The notes: generated by a model from the sequence alone, not told the origin. 64,000 nucleotides of DNA from a virus (IMGVR_UViG_3300045988_106231:70775-134774), one strand, 5' to 3'. Counted from the first letter of the stretch, positions 9,019-18,653 are shown. Numbers and translations: made by a program.

Positions 9019-9336
9019 ATGACGGCACGAGAGATCGCAAGAGATTTTATTTCTAAGATGAATCCATGTAGATGGAATGGACGTGGATACAAACCGGATA
9101 CATTTAATGATAAAGATCAGATTAGATATCATGTAGATGGTCACCCTGAAATTGATGTGGATGTTTATTATGAATATGATGCTGGCGATAATAGCTGGTG
9201 GCATTTTTGTGATGCGCGTGATAATGCTTCTGGCGATAAAATTCTTGGTGTATGTAATCCTAATGTTTGGTCTATTGATGCAATTGAAGAATCTGTTAAA
9301 CATTTATTTAACAAAATAAATATTAAAATTAAATAA
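9019..9336 (+). CDS. hypothetical protein
   Basis: ATG 9019 is 7 nt after AAGGAG. Confidence 0.55.
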   Translation: MTAREIARDFISKMNPCRWNGRGYKPDTFNDKDQIRYHVDGHPEIDVDVYYEYDAGDNSWWHFCDARDNASGDKILGVCNPNVWSIDAIEESVKHLFNKINIKIK

Positions 9337-9352
9337 AATCGAGGTTTTAAAA

Positions 9353-9598
9353 ATGTGGACTTTTAATAGGATTTATCTTCGGGAAAGTTGTATTTTGCTT
9401 GTTGAGGAGGACGGAGAAAAGAGTGCGATCACAACAAGTGTATATGACTTAATAAGAATGTATAATAACGGTGAGAGTGAATGTCCTAGTGATAACGCAA
9501 AGGTTATTTATTGCTCGATTTTTAATGTAAAAATGAAATGTAAAACGTTCAAAGATTTTATGGATATGCTTGAGAAAATTGTAGCTGATTGTTGTTGA
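9353..9598 (+). CDS. hypothetical protein
   Basis: GAGGTT RBS region, 81 aa. Confidence 0.5.
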   Translation: MWTFNRIYLRESCILLVEEDGEKSAITTSVYDLIRMYNNGESECPSDNAKVIYCSIFNVKMKCKTFKDFMDMLEKIVADCC

Positions 9599-9608
9599 GG
9601 TTTTAGAT

Positions 9609-9866
9609 ATGAAAAGTTATTTATTTGATATGAATAATGTATTTTGTATTACGACAGAAGCAAGCAAAAAGATTGTTGTTTTTGATGAAGATTTTACAAG
9701 CAAGGATGTAGTTCTTTATTATTTGTGTAAACGAATTGTTGACCTCGAAAATGCTGGTTATTTAGTTTGCGGGGTCACAGAATTAAATCCAGATGGTTCT
9801 CATCCGAAGGTTGCGTTTCGTAATACGAAAGAATATAAGAGAGCTAAAAAGGAGTATAAATTGTGA
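9609..9866 (+). CDS. hypothetical protein
   Basis: 85 aa ORF; GAGG upstream. Confidence 0.5.
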   Translation: MKSYLFDMNNVFCITTEASKKIVVFDEDFTSKDVVLYYLCKRIVDLENAGYLVCGVTELNPDGSHPKVAFRNTKEYKRAKKEYKL

Positions 9867-10072
9867 TGAATGTCAATGAAATTCGTTACTTTGAACGCAA
9901 GATGACCAACAGTGCATTCGACGATGCGGTGAAATACGATCCAGCGATTGCAGTTCGTGCAAAGCGAGCATGGGTTATGAAGATGCAAGGGCTGATTTCG
10001 TTCCGGGAGTACATTTCTTGTTTGCAAGATATCACAGGCAATGCACGACTGTTCTGGAAATACCAGTTTTGA
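9863..10072 (+). CDS. hypothetical protein
   Basis: Overlapping start/stop (GTGATGA), AAAAAGGAG upstream. Confidence 0.5.
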   Translation: MMNVNEIRYFERKMTNSAFDDAVKYDPAIAVRAKRAWVMKMQGLISFREYISCLQDITGNARLFWKYQF

Positions 10073-10101
10073 TAAAACAGTTCTTTTAGGAGAGAAGTAA
10101 T

Positions 10102-10353
10102 ATGAATGAAAAGCGATTCGCAATCGATACGCCCATCGGAAAACTGGTTGCTGAAGCTGATGGAGATTATAAGGATTATCCAGGAATTTATATTTATCTT
10201 CAGAGAGAAGATGGCGTTCAAATTGATTTGTCTTGTACGGAAATTGATAAAGACTCTGGCGAAGGCAGAGTCTTTATCTGGGAAAATACGTCTACGGATG
10301 AATGCACCAGGATGATGCGCTGGACTAAAGAACAACTTATGATTAAAGAGTGA
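10102..10353 (+). CDS. hypothetical protein
   Basis: AGGAGAGAAG RBS then ATG. Confidence 0.55.
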   Translation: MNEKRFAIDTPIGKLVAEADGDYKDYPGIYIYLQREDGVQIDLSCTEIDKDSGEGRVFIWENTSTDECTRMMRWTKEQLMIKE

Positions 10354-10372
10354 GCGGAGGGAGTAAACAAAA

Positions 10373-11677
10373 ATGACTACTAATAATCCTATGACTGTAA
10401 TAACCTCTAAGCCCTTCGGCGCATTGAGTATGGATGTATACGAGGACAACAATCATCAGTATTACATGACCCGTGAACAAATTGGTACGGCGCTTGAATA
10501 CAATAATCCTAATAAGGCAATTCAAAACATCCATGTTAAGAATACGGATCGTCTTGACCCTCTTTCAACATTCCTCAAACTGAGGAATGTTGAGGGCGGA
10601 ATTACGAAGGAACGTGAATATATCGTATACAGTTTGCGTGGTGTTATGGAAATCTGTCGTTTGTCTCGTCAGCCGAAGGCAGATGCGTTTATGGATTTCT
10701 GCTGGGACATTATGGAATCTTTGATGCGTGGTGATTCTGTTCTGGCTACTCCTCAGATGGATGCTGCACTGAGTAAGGAGTTCATTGATGTAAGACTTCA
10801 CGCCTTGTTTGATAGTGTAAAGAATCTTCAGAGCGAACTTGATTCCACTCGTAAGGATCTTAGTGAACAGATTGAGGAAGCTCGTGCTACTAGCAACGAA
10901 GCGCTGAATGTAATCAGCAGCGTATCTCAGTGTGTTCATCAGATTAAGGACAAGCAGATGGATAATGCGATTCGCGCTAAGAATTATACTCCTCGCAATG
11001 TTTTTCAGGACGAAATGAGTGAATGGCGTAAAGATTTGTATAGCAAGATTGGTGTGATTGCAAATACTAAAGGTTATACAAATAAGGAAACGATTCACAA
11101 AATCTATGAATATCTGAATCGTAATTATGGTTTCGTTTTGGAAGATGCTCGTGCAAAGTATATTAAGAGAACGAATCGTAGTGGGAAAATCTCTACGATT
11201 GATATTATCGAAGAGGACTCCACTTGGAAATCCATTATGGGTGCTGTTGTTGCAGATATGTACGCAGCATCTATTGAACGTCTGCACCAGAATCAGAATG
11301 AACTTCGTCCGGTTTTGAAAACTATTGAAGCAGCTCCTGAAGTAAATGTAAACGATGCTCCTATGGTTGAAGTTGAAGTTAAAGAAGTTGTGGAAGAAAA
11401 GCCCAAGAAGCAGAGTGAAACGGCAACTCGTCTGGTTCCGATTATTGAACCGCTGGCTCAAAAACTTGGTGATAAAACTGTTCATTATCATAAAACCTAT
11501 CGTATGGTTTACAACAAGATTGGATTCACTAAGATGGAAAACATGATGAAGCAGTATAAGCGTATTCATGGTCGTGTTCCGAGTCCCAAGACAAAAGTAT
11601 TCCTTGAGAATGACAAAGCTATGCGGATGTTTAAGAAAGCGGTTAAAGAGCTGATGAAAGAGCAGGAAAGTAAGTAA
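10373..11677 (+). CDS. phage antirepressor-like protein (Bro-N-type N-terminal domain)
   Basis: N-terminal ~110 aa pattern (FGALSMDVYEDNNHQYYMTREQIGTALEYNNPNKAIQNI...) resembles the Bro-N/antirepressor fold; long alpha-helical C-terminus; GGAGGGAG RBS. Confidence 0.45.
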   Translation: MTTNNPMTVITSKPFGALSMDVYEDNNHQYYMTREQIGTALEYNNPNKAIQNIHVKNTDRLDPLSTFLKLRNVEGGITKEREYIVYSLRGVMEICRLSRQPKADAFMDFCWDIMESLMRGDSVLATPQMDAALSKEFIDVRLHALFDSVKNLQSELDSTRKDLSEQIEEARATSNEALNVISSVSQCVHQIKDKQMDNAIRAKNYTPRNVFQDEMSEWRKDLYSKIGVIANTKGYTNKETIHKIYEYLNRNYGFVLEDARAKYIKRTNRSGKISTIDIIEEDSTWKSIMGAVVADMYAASIERLHQNQNELRPVLKTIEAAPEVNVNDAPMVEVEVKEVVEEKPKKQSETATRLVPIIEPLAQKLGDKTVHYHKTYRMVYNKIGFTKMENMMKQYKRIHGRVPSPKTKVFLENDKAMRMFKKAVKELMKEQESK

Positions 11678-12300
11678 TGTATGTAATCTCGAATGGTCAT
11701 AACTATATTATGAAACGGAAGGGAGGTCGAATTTGCGCTACCTGTGATATCAATCTGGCATTGCAATTTGAATCTAAGGGTCTAGCGATTTGTGAAATCA
11801 ATAAGCTTCCCGCCGGGTACAAGAATGGTCACTACGCACCGAAGTCTATGGATGAAATTGAAGCGGCGAGTAAGAGTCCAAATATATCGGTTCAGACTGC
11901 AAAGCCAAATACATACGCATTTCACATAGAAGATTCTAAATGGTTGGCCGAGTTGAAGAAAAATCTTGAGATTACAGACAAAACAATGGGAAGTCTCAAT
12001 GATTTATACACCAAGGTCTACAGTGATTTAACTGCGGCCAGCGATGAAATTGCCGATATTGAACACGCAATTGAGTTTAAAACAGTGAATGCAGCACAAG
12101 GTTATCAGCTTATGGCGGAATTAAAGAAGGCTCGTCGTAAGAGGAGAGAAGCTAAGGATGCAAAGCTTCTAATTGAGATTGCGATGAGCCATCGAAATAA
12201 CAATGATTGGGGTCATGGTCGGCTTGAGACAGCTATCGAGCAGCTTGACTCGCGTCAGTTTACTCCGAAGGTTCGTAACGATTTGTTTGAAAAGAATTGA
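11677..12300 (+). CDS. hypothetical coiled-coil protein
   Basis: 207 aa; start overlaps previous stop (TAATG). Confidence 0.55.
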   Translation: MYVISNGHNYIMKRKGGRICATCDINLALQFESKGLAICEINKLPAGYKNGHYAPKSMDEIEAASKSPNISVQTAKPNTYAFHIEDSKWLAELKKNLEITDKTMGSLNDLYTKVYSDLTAASDEIADIEHAIEFKTVNAAQGYQLMAELKKARRKRREAKDAKLLIEIAMSHRNNNDWGHGRLETAIEQLDSRQFTPKVRNDLFEKN

Positions 12301-12310
12301 GGTACATAAA

Positions 12311-12565
12311 ATGACGATTCATATTTTATACGAATGTATCGACTCTAGCGATTTCTACGCGGAAAGTAATATTATTACCATTAACAAAGATAAAGAGAAG
12401 TTGTCTGAAAAGATGTTCTTACTTTATAAGGATTGCCGGGACTCGGAAGGAAATAGTGTGAACCAGGACGAAACGTGGTGTGATTCATGTGAAGCGTCCG
12501 TTGTTAGTGGGAGTTCTGGAAATTACTATCGACATCATTGGAAAATTGACAAGTTTGAGGTGTGA
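12311..12565 (+). CDS. hypothetical protein
   Basis: ATG 12311 after GAGGT; upstream part of track ORF 12203 overlaps previous gene. Confidence 0.5.
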   Translation: MTIHILYECIDSSDFYAESNIITINKDKEKLSEKMFLLYKDCRDSEGNSVNQDETWCDSCEASVVSGSSGNYYRHHWKIDKFEV

Positions 12566-12568
12566 ATT

Positions 12569-12793
12569 ATGATGGTATATGGAAACATAACGTGTAATCG
12601 CTGTGGCATTACATGGTATGGCCCTAAATGTGGAAAGCTCTATTGTGATGAATGTCGTAAGATAATAAGAAATGAGGCATCCATTCGATGCAAGAATAAA
12701 AAGAAACATAAACCAACATTTGTTGAGATTGTAAGAATGGCAGATGCTGAAGGATTATCTTACGGTAAGTATTGCTTGAAGTATGGAATTTGA
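12569..12793 (+). CDS. zinc-ribbon small protein (CNRCG...CGKLYCDEC)
   Basis: Two CxxC pairs; GAGGTG RBS. Confidence 0.5.
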   Translation: MMVYGNITCNRCGITWYGPKCGKLYCDECRKIIRNEASIRCKNKKKHKPTFVEIVRMADAEGLSYGKYCLKYGI

Positions 12794-12800
12794 GGTGAAT

Positions 12801-13652
12801 ATGATGAGTGCGCTTGAAAACGAAAAGAAAATCGAAAATACTGTTGCTTTTGATTTTTCTGACTACGATTCTTCTAACAAAGAAAAAAGTCAGAAAGTAG
12901 TTAAAAAGAATTATAGCCTGACTCGTATGGAAGCAAATCATGGGTCGGTTCAGCCAATTAAAGACAAAGAGGATATCAAACGTATTTCAGAATATTTTTG
13001 GATTAAACGTCAGTACCGCAACTGGTGTTTGTTTAATGTAGGATGTTGCACAGGATTCAGAGCAAGTGATTTGCTTCGTTTGAAGGTTTCTGATGTAGCA
13101 GCTACAGATATGAATGGAAAGGTCGTAGTGAATTTTAACGCAAAACTTCGTGTTAAGGAAAAGAAAACAAATAAGTATCGCATTCTTAAAGTTCCGGTCC
13201 CGGCACTAAAGTGTATTCAAACTTATATCAATATTGATGGATTGTCTTATGACGATTGGCTCTTCCCGTCTCGGCAAGGCAGTTGGAAGAACTCCATGAG
13301 AACAAACGGTGGAACAAGTGTAAGTAAATCTGATGTGTTCCGTAAGTATGATGCAAATCCAAAAGAAATGGGCGACCCGCTTGATGTGGATTCTTTTGGC
13401 AGAATCATGCGTCAAGTTGGTAAGGAGTTAGATCTTCCTGTCCAGCTTGGTTCTCATAGCTGCCGCAAAACTTTCGGATATCAGTTTATTGCATCTCATC
13501 CAAATGACGTAAAAGCTCTTGCGTGGTTGCAGCATAGTCTGAATCACAGTAGTCAGGCAATTACGCTTCGCTATATTGGTCTGGATGAAGAAGTGGATGA
13601 TGAATACTACTCTGGGATTGATTATGGCGTGGACTGCCATGAAAACTCTTGA
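12801..13652 (+). CDS. tyrosine site-specific recombinase (small, phage-integrase family)
   Basis: Catalytic signature visible: TGFRASDLLRL (Arg I), HSCRKTFGY (HxxR), LQHSLNHSSQAITLRYI (His, Arg, Tyr); start 12783/12801/12804 ambiguous. Confidence 0.75.
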   Translation: MMSALENEKKIENTVAFDFSDYDSSNKEKSQKVVKKNYSLTRMEANHGSVQPIKDKEDIKRISEYFWIKRQYRNWCLFNVGCCTGFRASDLLRLKVSDVAATDMNGKVVVNFNAKLRVKEKKTNKYRILKVPVPALKCIQTYINIDGLSYDDWLFPSRQGSWKNSMRTNGGTSVSKSDVFRKYDANPKEMGDPLDVDSFGRIMRQVGKELDLPVQLGSHSCRKTFGYQFIASHPNDVKALAWLQHSLNHSSQAITLRYIGLDEEVDDEYYSGIDYGVDCHENS

Positions 13653-13660
13653 GGTGTGTT

Positions 13661-14326
13661 ATGGCTGATACTTATATTAAAATCTGGGATACTTATGAGA
13701 GCTACTTTGAACCACTTAGTGCTGCTGAGGTGGGGCGTCTGGTACTGGCGATGATGAAATACAAATCGTCTGGAATGGAGCCTGAGCTCAACGGAAATGA
13801 GCGGTATGTGTGGCCTGCTATCAAGAGAGATTTAATTAAAGATGCCGAATACATCGAAGGTAAGAGGATTTCTGGTAAAGCTGGTGGCGTATCAAGCAAG
13901 CGTAAGCAAAACGAAGCAAACGCAAGCAAAACCAAGCTAGAAAAAGAGAAAGAAAAAGATAAGATATCGTCTTCGTCTTGTGATGAGACGACAACGACGA
14001 AACCTGTTGAGGATGTTTTTCGAGAGAATATCGGGAAACTCGGTGCTACTGGTCAAAAGGCTTTAGCAGAATATGTTGAGCGCATGGGTGATGAACTTGT
14101 GCTTGCTGTGATTGGTAAGTGTTCTGATCTAGGTGGTAGTACATGGGCTTATGTGCGAAAAGCTCTGGATGAAGCAGAATCTCTTGGTTGCAAGACTGCT
14201 GATGATTATCGCCGGGCTTGTCCGATAGGGAGTGGTCGTAATCTTAGAGTGAGTAGGGAGATGCCTAGTTGTGGTGATTGGCTGAACGCGACGCATAGAC
14301 GTCCGCTGATAAAGAAAGACGCTTAA
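13661..14326 (+). CDS. DnaD-domain-like replication protein
   Basis: C-terminal segment VLAVIGKCSDLGGSTWAYVRKALDEAESLGCKTADD resembles the DnaD/DnaB C-terminal (DDBH2) pattern ...YV..IL..W...G..T..; GAGGTG RBS. Confidence 0.45.
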   Translation: MADTYIKIWDTYESYFEPLSAAEVGRLVLAMMKYKSSGMEPELNGNERYVWPAIKRDLIKDAEYIEGKRISGKAGGVSSKRKQNEANASKTKLEKEKEKDKISSSSCDETTTTKPVEDVFRENIGKLGATGQKALAEYVERMGDELVLAVIGKCSDLGGSTWAYVRKALDEAESLGCKTADDYRRACPIGSGRNLRVSREMPSCGDWLNATHRRPLIKKDA

Positions 14327-14349
14327 AAGTAATATTTTAGGAGGAGCTT

Positions 14350-14541
14350 ATGGGTAATTGGTACAAAGTATCAGGTCAATACGATGACGGTTGTAAGGTG
14401 TATAAGAAAGGCTATATCGTCTTTGCAGAGTCCAGCTCTGATGCAGAACAAAAGATTTTTCACTTGAAATTGCCGTATGATTGTTCTTTTTTTCCTTGCA
14501 CGGTAACTCAGTTGATTAAAAATATTATTTATGAATTTTAA
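14350..14541 (+). CDS. hypothetical protein
   Basis: TAGGAGGAG RBS, 63 aa. Confidence 0.5.
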   Translation: MGNWYKVSGQYDDGCKVYKKGYIVFAESSSDAEQKIFHLKLPYDCSFFPCTVTQLIKNIIYEF

Positions 14542-14569
14542 TAAAAGAATGATTTTAGTGGAGGAAAGT

Positions 14570-14740
14570 ATGAGTGAAGCTGAATATATTGAGAAAATCA
14601 GACGCTTAGAGATGACGGTTGAAGAACAAAATAAACTGATCAGAAAAGCCTATTGCGATTGGGTGACGCTAGTAGCCTTTTTAACAGCAGCTATGTTGTC
14701 ATATTATATTTTCTTTGGAGCTATTGTTCGTTTAAGTTGA
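14570..14740 (+). CDS. small membrane protein (C-terminal TM helix)
   Basis: GGAGGAAAG RBS 6 nt before ATG 14570; hydrophobic C-terminus VTLVAFLTAAMLSYYIFFGAIV. Confidence 0.5.
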   Translation: MSEAEYIEKIRRLEMTVEEQNKLIRKAYCDWVTLVAFLTAAMLSYYIFFGAIVRLS

Positions 14741-14755
14741 TTGGAGGTTTGAATT

Positions 14756-15157
14756 ATGGGATTGTTACTTGGTTTGGGTTTAATTGGTGCAGCATTTGGT
14801 ATTGATGCAGTAAAGCAAGCGCCGTTTGATAGGGCATATCGTCGTTTGGAAAATGAGTGGGGAAGGTGTACCTCAGAAGAAAATAAACGGTGCGATGCGC
14901 TGGAATACGCAGTCAAGAATGGTTTGTGTTTCGAGGATGAAAAGAAACCTGTGATTGAGTGGCAGAAGCTGAGAGACCTTCAGTGGAAGTATCAGCTGGC
15001 TGGCATCTCTTGGCCGAGAGAATCTGCGATTCGAGATGTGTGTCGTTTGGCAGCTCGTGACCGTGGATTTGAGTATAAGGGGTATCTGCGAAACACGTTG
15101 ACGTTTGGTTATATCACTGATCCGAAAAATATTTGCAAGCTTGGTATCGTAGATTGA
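14756..15157 (+). CDS. hypothetical protein with N-terminal TM/signal segment
   Basis: MGLLLGLGLIGAAFGI hydrophobic N-terminus; GGAGG RBS. Confidence 0.55.
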   Translation: MGLLLGLGLIGAAFGIDAVKQAPFDRAYRRLENEWGRCTSEENKRCDALEYAVKNGLCFEDEKKPVIEWQKLRDLQWKYQLAGISWPRESAIRDVCRLAARDRGFEYKGYLRNTLTFGYITDPKNICKLGIVD

Positions 15158-15170
15158 GGGAGATTTGAAA

Positions 15171-15497
15171 ATGAATAACACTCGTAGAAAAGCTATCCGT
15201 AAATCTATTCAGGACATCAATGAAATCATTCCAAGAATCAATGCACTGGCGGATAGTCTGAAAAGCATTGTAACAGATGTTGAAATCATTAAAGCTGACA
15301 TTGAATGTATTCAGTATGATGAAGAAGACGCTCGTGATAATATTCCTGAAAGTTTGCAGGATAGTGAACGGTATTGGGCTTCTAATGAAGCGTGTGATAA
15401 TCTATCGGATGCAGTGACTGAACTGGAAGATATTTTGGACAATCTGGACGTTTCGTTTGATGAAGCTATTGAATATCTTAATGGTGCAAAAGAATGA
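15171..15497 (+). CDS. hypothetical acidic protein
   Basis: ATG 15171 is 9 nt after GAGGGAG. Confidence 0.55.
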   Translation: MNNTRRKAIRKSIQDINEIIPRINALADSLKSIVTDVEIIKADIECIQYDEEDARDNIPESLQDSERYWASNEACDNLSDAVTELEDILDNLDVSFDEAIEYLNGAKE

Positions 15498-15682
15498 TTA
15501 AGGCCACGTATCCATTGAAAAGAAATGCGTGGGCTGTATTCTTGTACAGAGGCAGGCAAGTTTGTTCATATCTTTTGCGTAATAGCAATCTTGGGGACAA
15601 GGAACGCATGGTAGAACTGTTGGCACGAAGGTACATGACAGAGCCTGAGAATATTGTTGTAGATATCGAATTTAGAGATTGA
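15494..15682 (+). CDS. hypothetical protein
   Basis: Overlapping start/stop; weak RBS. Confidence 0.35.
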   Translation: MIKATYPLKRNAWAVFLYRGRQVCSYLLRNSNLGDKERMVELLARRYMTEPENIVVDIEFRD

Positions 15683-15806
15683 GGTGATAGAGAATGACCG
15701 CATTTGTAATGTTTGCTTTTAATGTGGCACTGATAATAACAGTGAATAGTAATCCATTTGCGTTTTGATAAAACCTAAATTCTTCTTTGAAAGGATAAAT
15801 GAAAAT

Positions 15807-16037
15807 ATGGGAAGTCAAAATTGGAGAGTTGACACATTGCGTGATGGTGCGGTGAAACTAGCTGGTTATCTGGATGAGCGATATATTCTTGCAAGAGGAT
15901 TTAATCGTAATCCAGACGAAATGTATTACGAAGGGCTTTTAAAAGCTGTTGAAGTACTCGGTGGCGATTGGCAGCGTGACGAGAATGGTAAGCATAAAGT
16001 GTTTATCTGTGGTGTCAGAGGAGAGGCTGAAGAGTAA
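15807..16037 (+). CDS. hypothetical protein
   Basis: ATG 15807 after AAAGGA; track start 15765 lacks RBS. Confidence 0.45.
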   Translation: MGSQNWRVDTLRDGAVKLAGYLDERYILARGFNRNPDEMYYEGLLKAVEVLGGDWQRDENGKHKVFICGVRGEAEE

Positions 16038-16052
16038 GAATGGTGAATAATT

Positions 16053-16256
16053 GTGAAGATTGATTTGAATCTTAATGAGGCACGAGTAATCCAAGACGCA
16101 CTTGATGCGACAAGCCTGTGCCGGTCTGGATGTTATAAGAGCGGAGACAAGGATCTGTGTTTTAGGCTTGATAAAGATGGTGATTGGTTCTGTAAGCTAA
16201 TGCGTGAAATTGATTCCATCAATAGCAAGATTGAAGACGCAATGAACGGAAAGTGA
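16053..16256 (+). CDS. hypothetical protein (GTG start)
   Basis: 67 aa ORF. Confidence 0.4.
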   Translation: MKIDLNLNEARVIQDALDATSLCRSGCYKSGDKDLCFRLDKDGDWFCKLMREIDSINSKIEDAMNGK

Positions 16257-16486
16257 TGATGAAAAGTAATGACGAGAAAATCAAAGTGTTATGCAAAGGT
16301 ATTAGACAGTTAACGAATGAGCTTGATGAACAATGGAAAGGGTTAGAACACTTTTCTGGAGATTTGTATGAAATAAAACGTGCTGAATACATGACGAAAT
16401 TAGAGCCTATCAAAACTCTTGGCGGATTTTATTTTCGTTATGATAACGGCAAGCATACAGTTTCCATTATGGGGTTTGATGGCTAA
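16253..16486 (+). CDS. hypothetical protein
   Basis: Overlapping start/stop (GTGATGATG). Confidence 0.45.
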   Translation: MMMKSNDEKIKVLCKGIRQLTNELDEQWKGLEHFSGDLYEIKRAEYMTKLEPIKTLGGFYFRYDNGKHTVSIMGFDG

Positions 16487-16831
16487 TGATGTAAAGTATG
16501 CAAGAATTGATAAAATCCGGGTTCTTGTGGATACTTAACAAAAGGATGTGCAGACTGATGATATAACTATTGATGACGTAGGATTATTAGTAAAATTTTG
16601 GTAATTTTGATAATTGTATTGTATTTGATCTTTGTGCGGTGTATGCTTGAGACAACCTCAATACAAACGGTCAAATCAAAAGACATGTGAGGTTAATATA
16701 ATGTGGATTATGATAATTTTCTTATTGTAACTGATGTCATGCTTGTGTGGAGTATGATGAAGGTGGCTTCCCTTGCCGATGCTCAGAGAGAGCAGAGGGT
16801 AATGGAACATGGCTGGAAGGAGTGATGTAAA

Positions 16832-17041
16832 GTGGATGGTAAAATCATTGGATGGGTAACCACAACCGATGGAAAATACAATGTTGACATTTGTATTTCT
16901 ACGCCAGATAATAATATCAAGTTGGGATATTTTAGTGATGCTCCAGACATGGAATTAAGTTCTGTTACATTAACAAAAGAAAATGCTCAATCGCTGATTT
17001 CTTTTTTGAACGTTGCGATTAGTACGACTGATAAAAGTTAA
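16832..17041 (+). CDS. hypothetical protein (GTG start)
   Basis: GGAAGGAG 9 nt upstream of GTG 16832. Confidence 0.5.
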   Translation: MDGKIIGWVTTTDGKYNVDICISTPDNNIKLGYFSDAPDMELSSVTLTKENAQSLISFLNVAISTTDKS

Positions 17042-17059
17042 GATTTAGGAGGAATGAAT

Positions 17060-17224
17060 ATGAACAGATATGAGCTTTCCGCTTATGCGATTGCAGTGTC
17101 AAACTTTTTGAAAGATAATGCTTCTGCTGGCAATAAACGATTTCCAATTACGGTCAATGAATGGGAACTCGCAGCGCAACTGGATAAGCTGGCAAAAGAA
17201 CTGCGTGTCCCAGATAAAAGCTGA
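17060..17224 (+). CDS. hypothetical small protein (54 aa, not in ORF track)
   Basis: TAGGAGG 7 nt before ATG 17060. Confidence 0.45.
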   Translation: MNRYELSAYAIAVSNFLKDNASAGNKRFPITVNEWELAAQLDKLAKELRVPDKS

Positions 17225-17245
17225 GATTTAAGGAGGAGGGTTCAC

Positions 17246-17494
17246 ATGGACAAAGTGAAATATTCTGATTACAATATAGAAGACTTGAAGCAGAGAAGGA
17301 AATCTTACGGAAGCGGCATTGAAATTTGCAGAAGTGGAGATGGAATTGACACTTCAATCGGTAGCAAAGTATGTTTTCCTGGACGAACATTGTCGCCGGA
17401 TGAGGCGATTGCTTTTGCGGAGAATCTGATTAAGGCCGCGAATGAGGCAAAAGAGTTTAAGTACAACGGATATTTCATCAATTGGCTTGAGTAA
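17246..17494 (+). CDS. hypothetical protein
   Basis: TAAGGAGGAGGG RBS. Confidence 0.6.
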   Translation: MDKVKYSDYNIEDLKQRRKSYGSGIEICRSGDGIDTSIGSKVCFPGRTLSPDEAIAFAENLIKAANEAKEFKYNGYFINWLE

Positions 17495-17519
17495 AACTAA
17501 TCTTTTAGGAGGATTTAAT

Positions 17520-18296
17520 ATGCCAAGGAAAAAGACGGTAGAAGCTAAACAATTGGCACCGAAAGAAATAGCTCGTAAGTCACCTACGTTTGCAGAGATT
17601 CCTGAGATGGCAAGTCGTGCTGGTGAGCCTACATACTATTATAATGTAGGAGATGCTGTAGTGATTGGCCGTCTTAGTGGTTGCAAGATTGATGAAGTCT
17701 GCGACGGTGGTTTATATTACGGTGTTTCTTATGATAATGGATACAGGTACGAAACGTGGTTCAATATTCGTAGAGCAGGAGTCGAGAAGGAGTCTCAGCT
17801 GACTAAGAATGATGACATTAAGATTTCCTACTCAAATGTGACCATCGAATCCTTGCTCCACAGGTATTACTTCTTTGGCATCAACTGCAATCCGAGTTAT
17901 CAACGCGGATCTGTGTGGACGGATGATGACCGTGAATTGCTTCTTGAGACAATTTTTATGGGTGGTGAAATCGGTCGATTTGTTCTGAAAAACATTGACA
18001 TGGACGAATGGCATGAAAATCAGAACTACCTTTATGAAATCATTGACGGTAAGCAGAGACTTCTGACACTTGCTGCGTTCTACGAAGATCGGTTCCGTTA
18101 TAAAGGATATCTGTACAGTGAACTCTCTAAGAAAGATAAGAGAACCTTTGATGAGACTGCAATTGCTATCGCGGATTTGCGGAATCTTTCTAAGAAAGAT
18201 ACGTTGCGTGTGTTCTTGCTTCTGAATCGCGGCGGCAAGGTCGTTTCCAATGCTGTGCTTGACCATGCAAAAGAGCTTCTGAACGAAATGGAGTGA
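17520..18296 (+). CDS. DUF262 / DGQHR (ParB-like nuclease superfamily) domain protein
   Basis: IIDGKQRLLTL matches the (I/V)DGQQR(L/I)T signature of the DUF262/GmrSD-N domain; TAGGAGG RBS before ATG 17520. Confidence 0.55.
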   Translation: MPRKKTVEAKQLAPKEIARKSPTFAEIPEMASRAGEPTYYYNVGDAVVIGRLSGCKIDEVCDGGLYYGVSYDNGYRYETWFNIRRAGVEKESQLTKNDDIKISYSNVTIESLLHRYYFFGINCNPSYQRGSVWTDDDRELLLETIFMGGEIGRFVLKNIDMDEWHENQNYLYEIIDGKQRLLTLAAFYEDRFRYKGYLYSELSKKDKRTFDETAIAIADLRNLSKKDTLRVFLLLNRGGKVVSNAVLDHAKELLNEME

Positions 18297-18300
18297 GTGA

Positions 18301-18636
18301 ATGATTTATACGGTTACAATGATTGACTCATTTAAGAATGAGCAGAATGCGAAATTTAGTTCGCCGGTGTCAAATACTGGAGGCATCTACTGGATGCCGG
18401 ATGATAGTTGGACCGCAGGATACTTCACAGATTTGGAAGAAGCTGTCCAATCTGTGATTGACAATGTAGCTGATGTCTTTGAACACTGCTATAACTATGC
18501 GGTTATTGAAGGATACGAGGAGGGGCTGTACCCTAGACCTGAATTAACGAAGTGGTTTAAGTACGATGCCAAGAGCGATAAGGCGTTTGAGATTGAACCG
18601 CCGCTGCATAATAATGTGTGTGGGTATGCTTTTTGA
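18301..18636 (+). CDS. hypothetical acidic protein
   Basis: Start overlaps previous stop (GTGAATG). Confidence 0.55.
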   Translation: MIYTVTMIDSFKNEQNAKFSSPVSNTGGIYWMPDDSWTAGYFTDLEEAVQSVIDNVADVFEHCYNYAVIEGYEEGLYPRPELTKWFKYDAKSDKAFEIEPPLHNNVCGYAF

Positions 18637-18653
18637 AGAAGGAGAATAAGACT

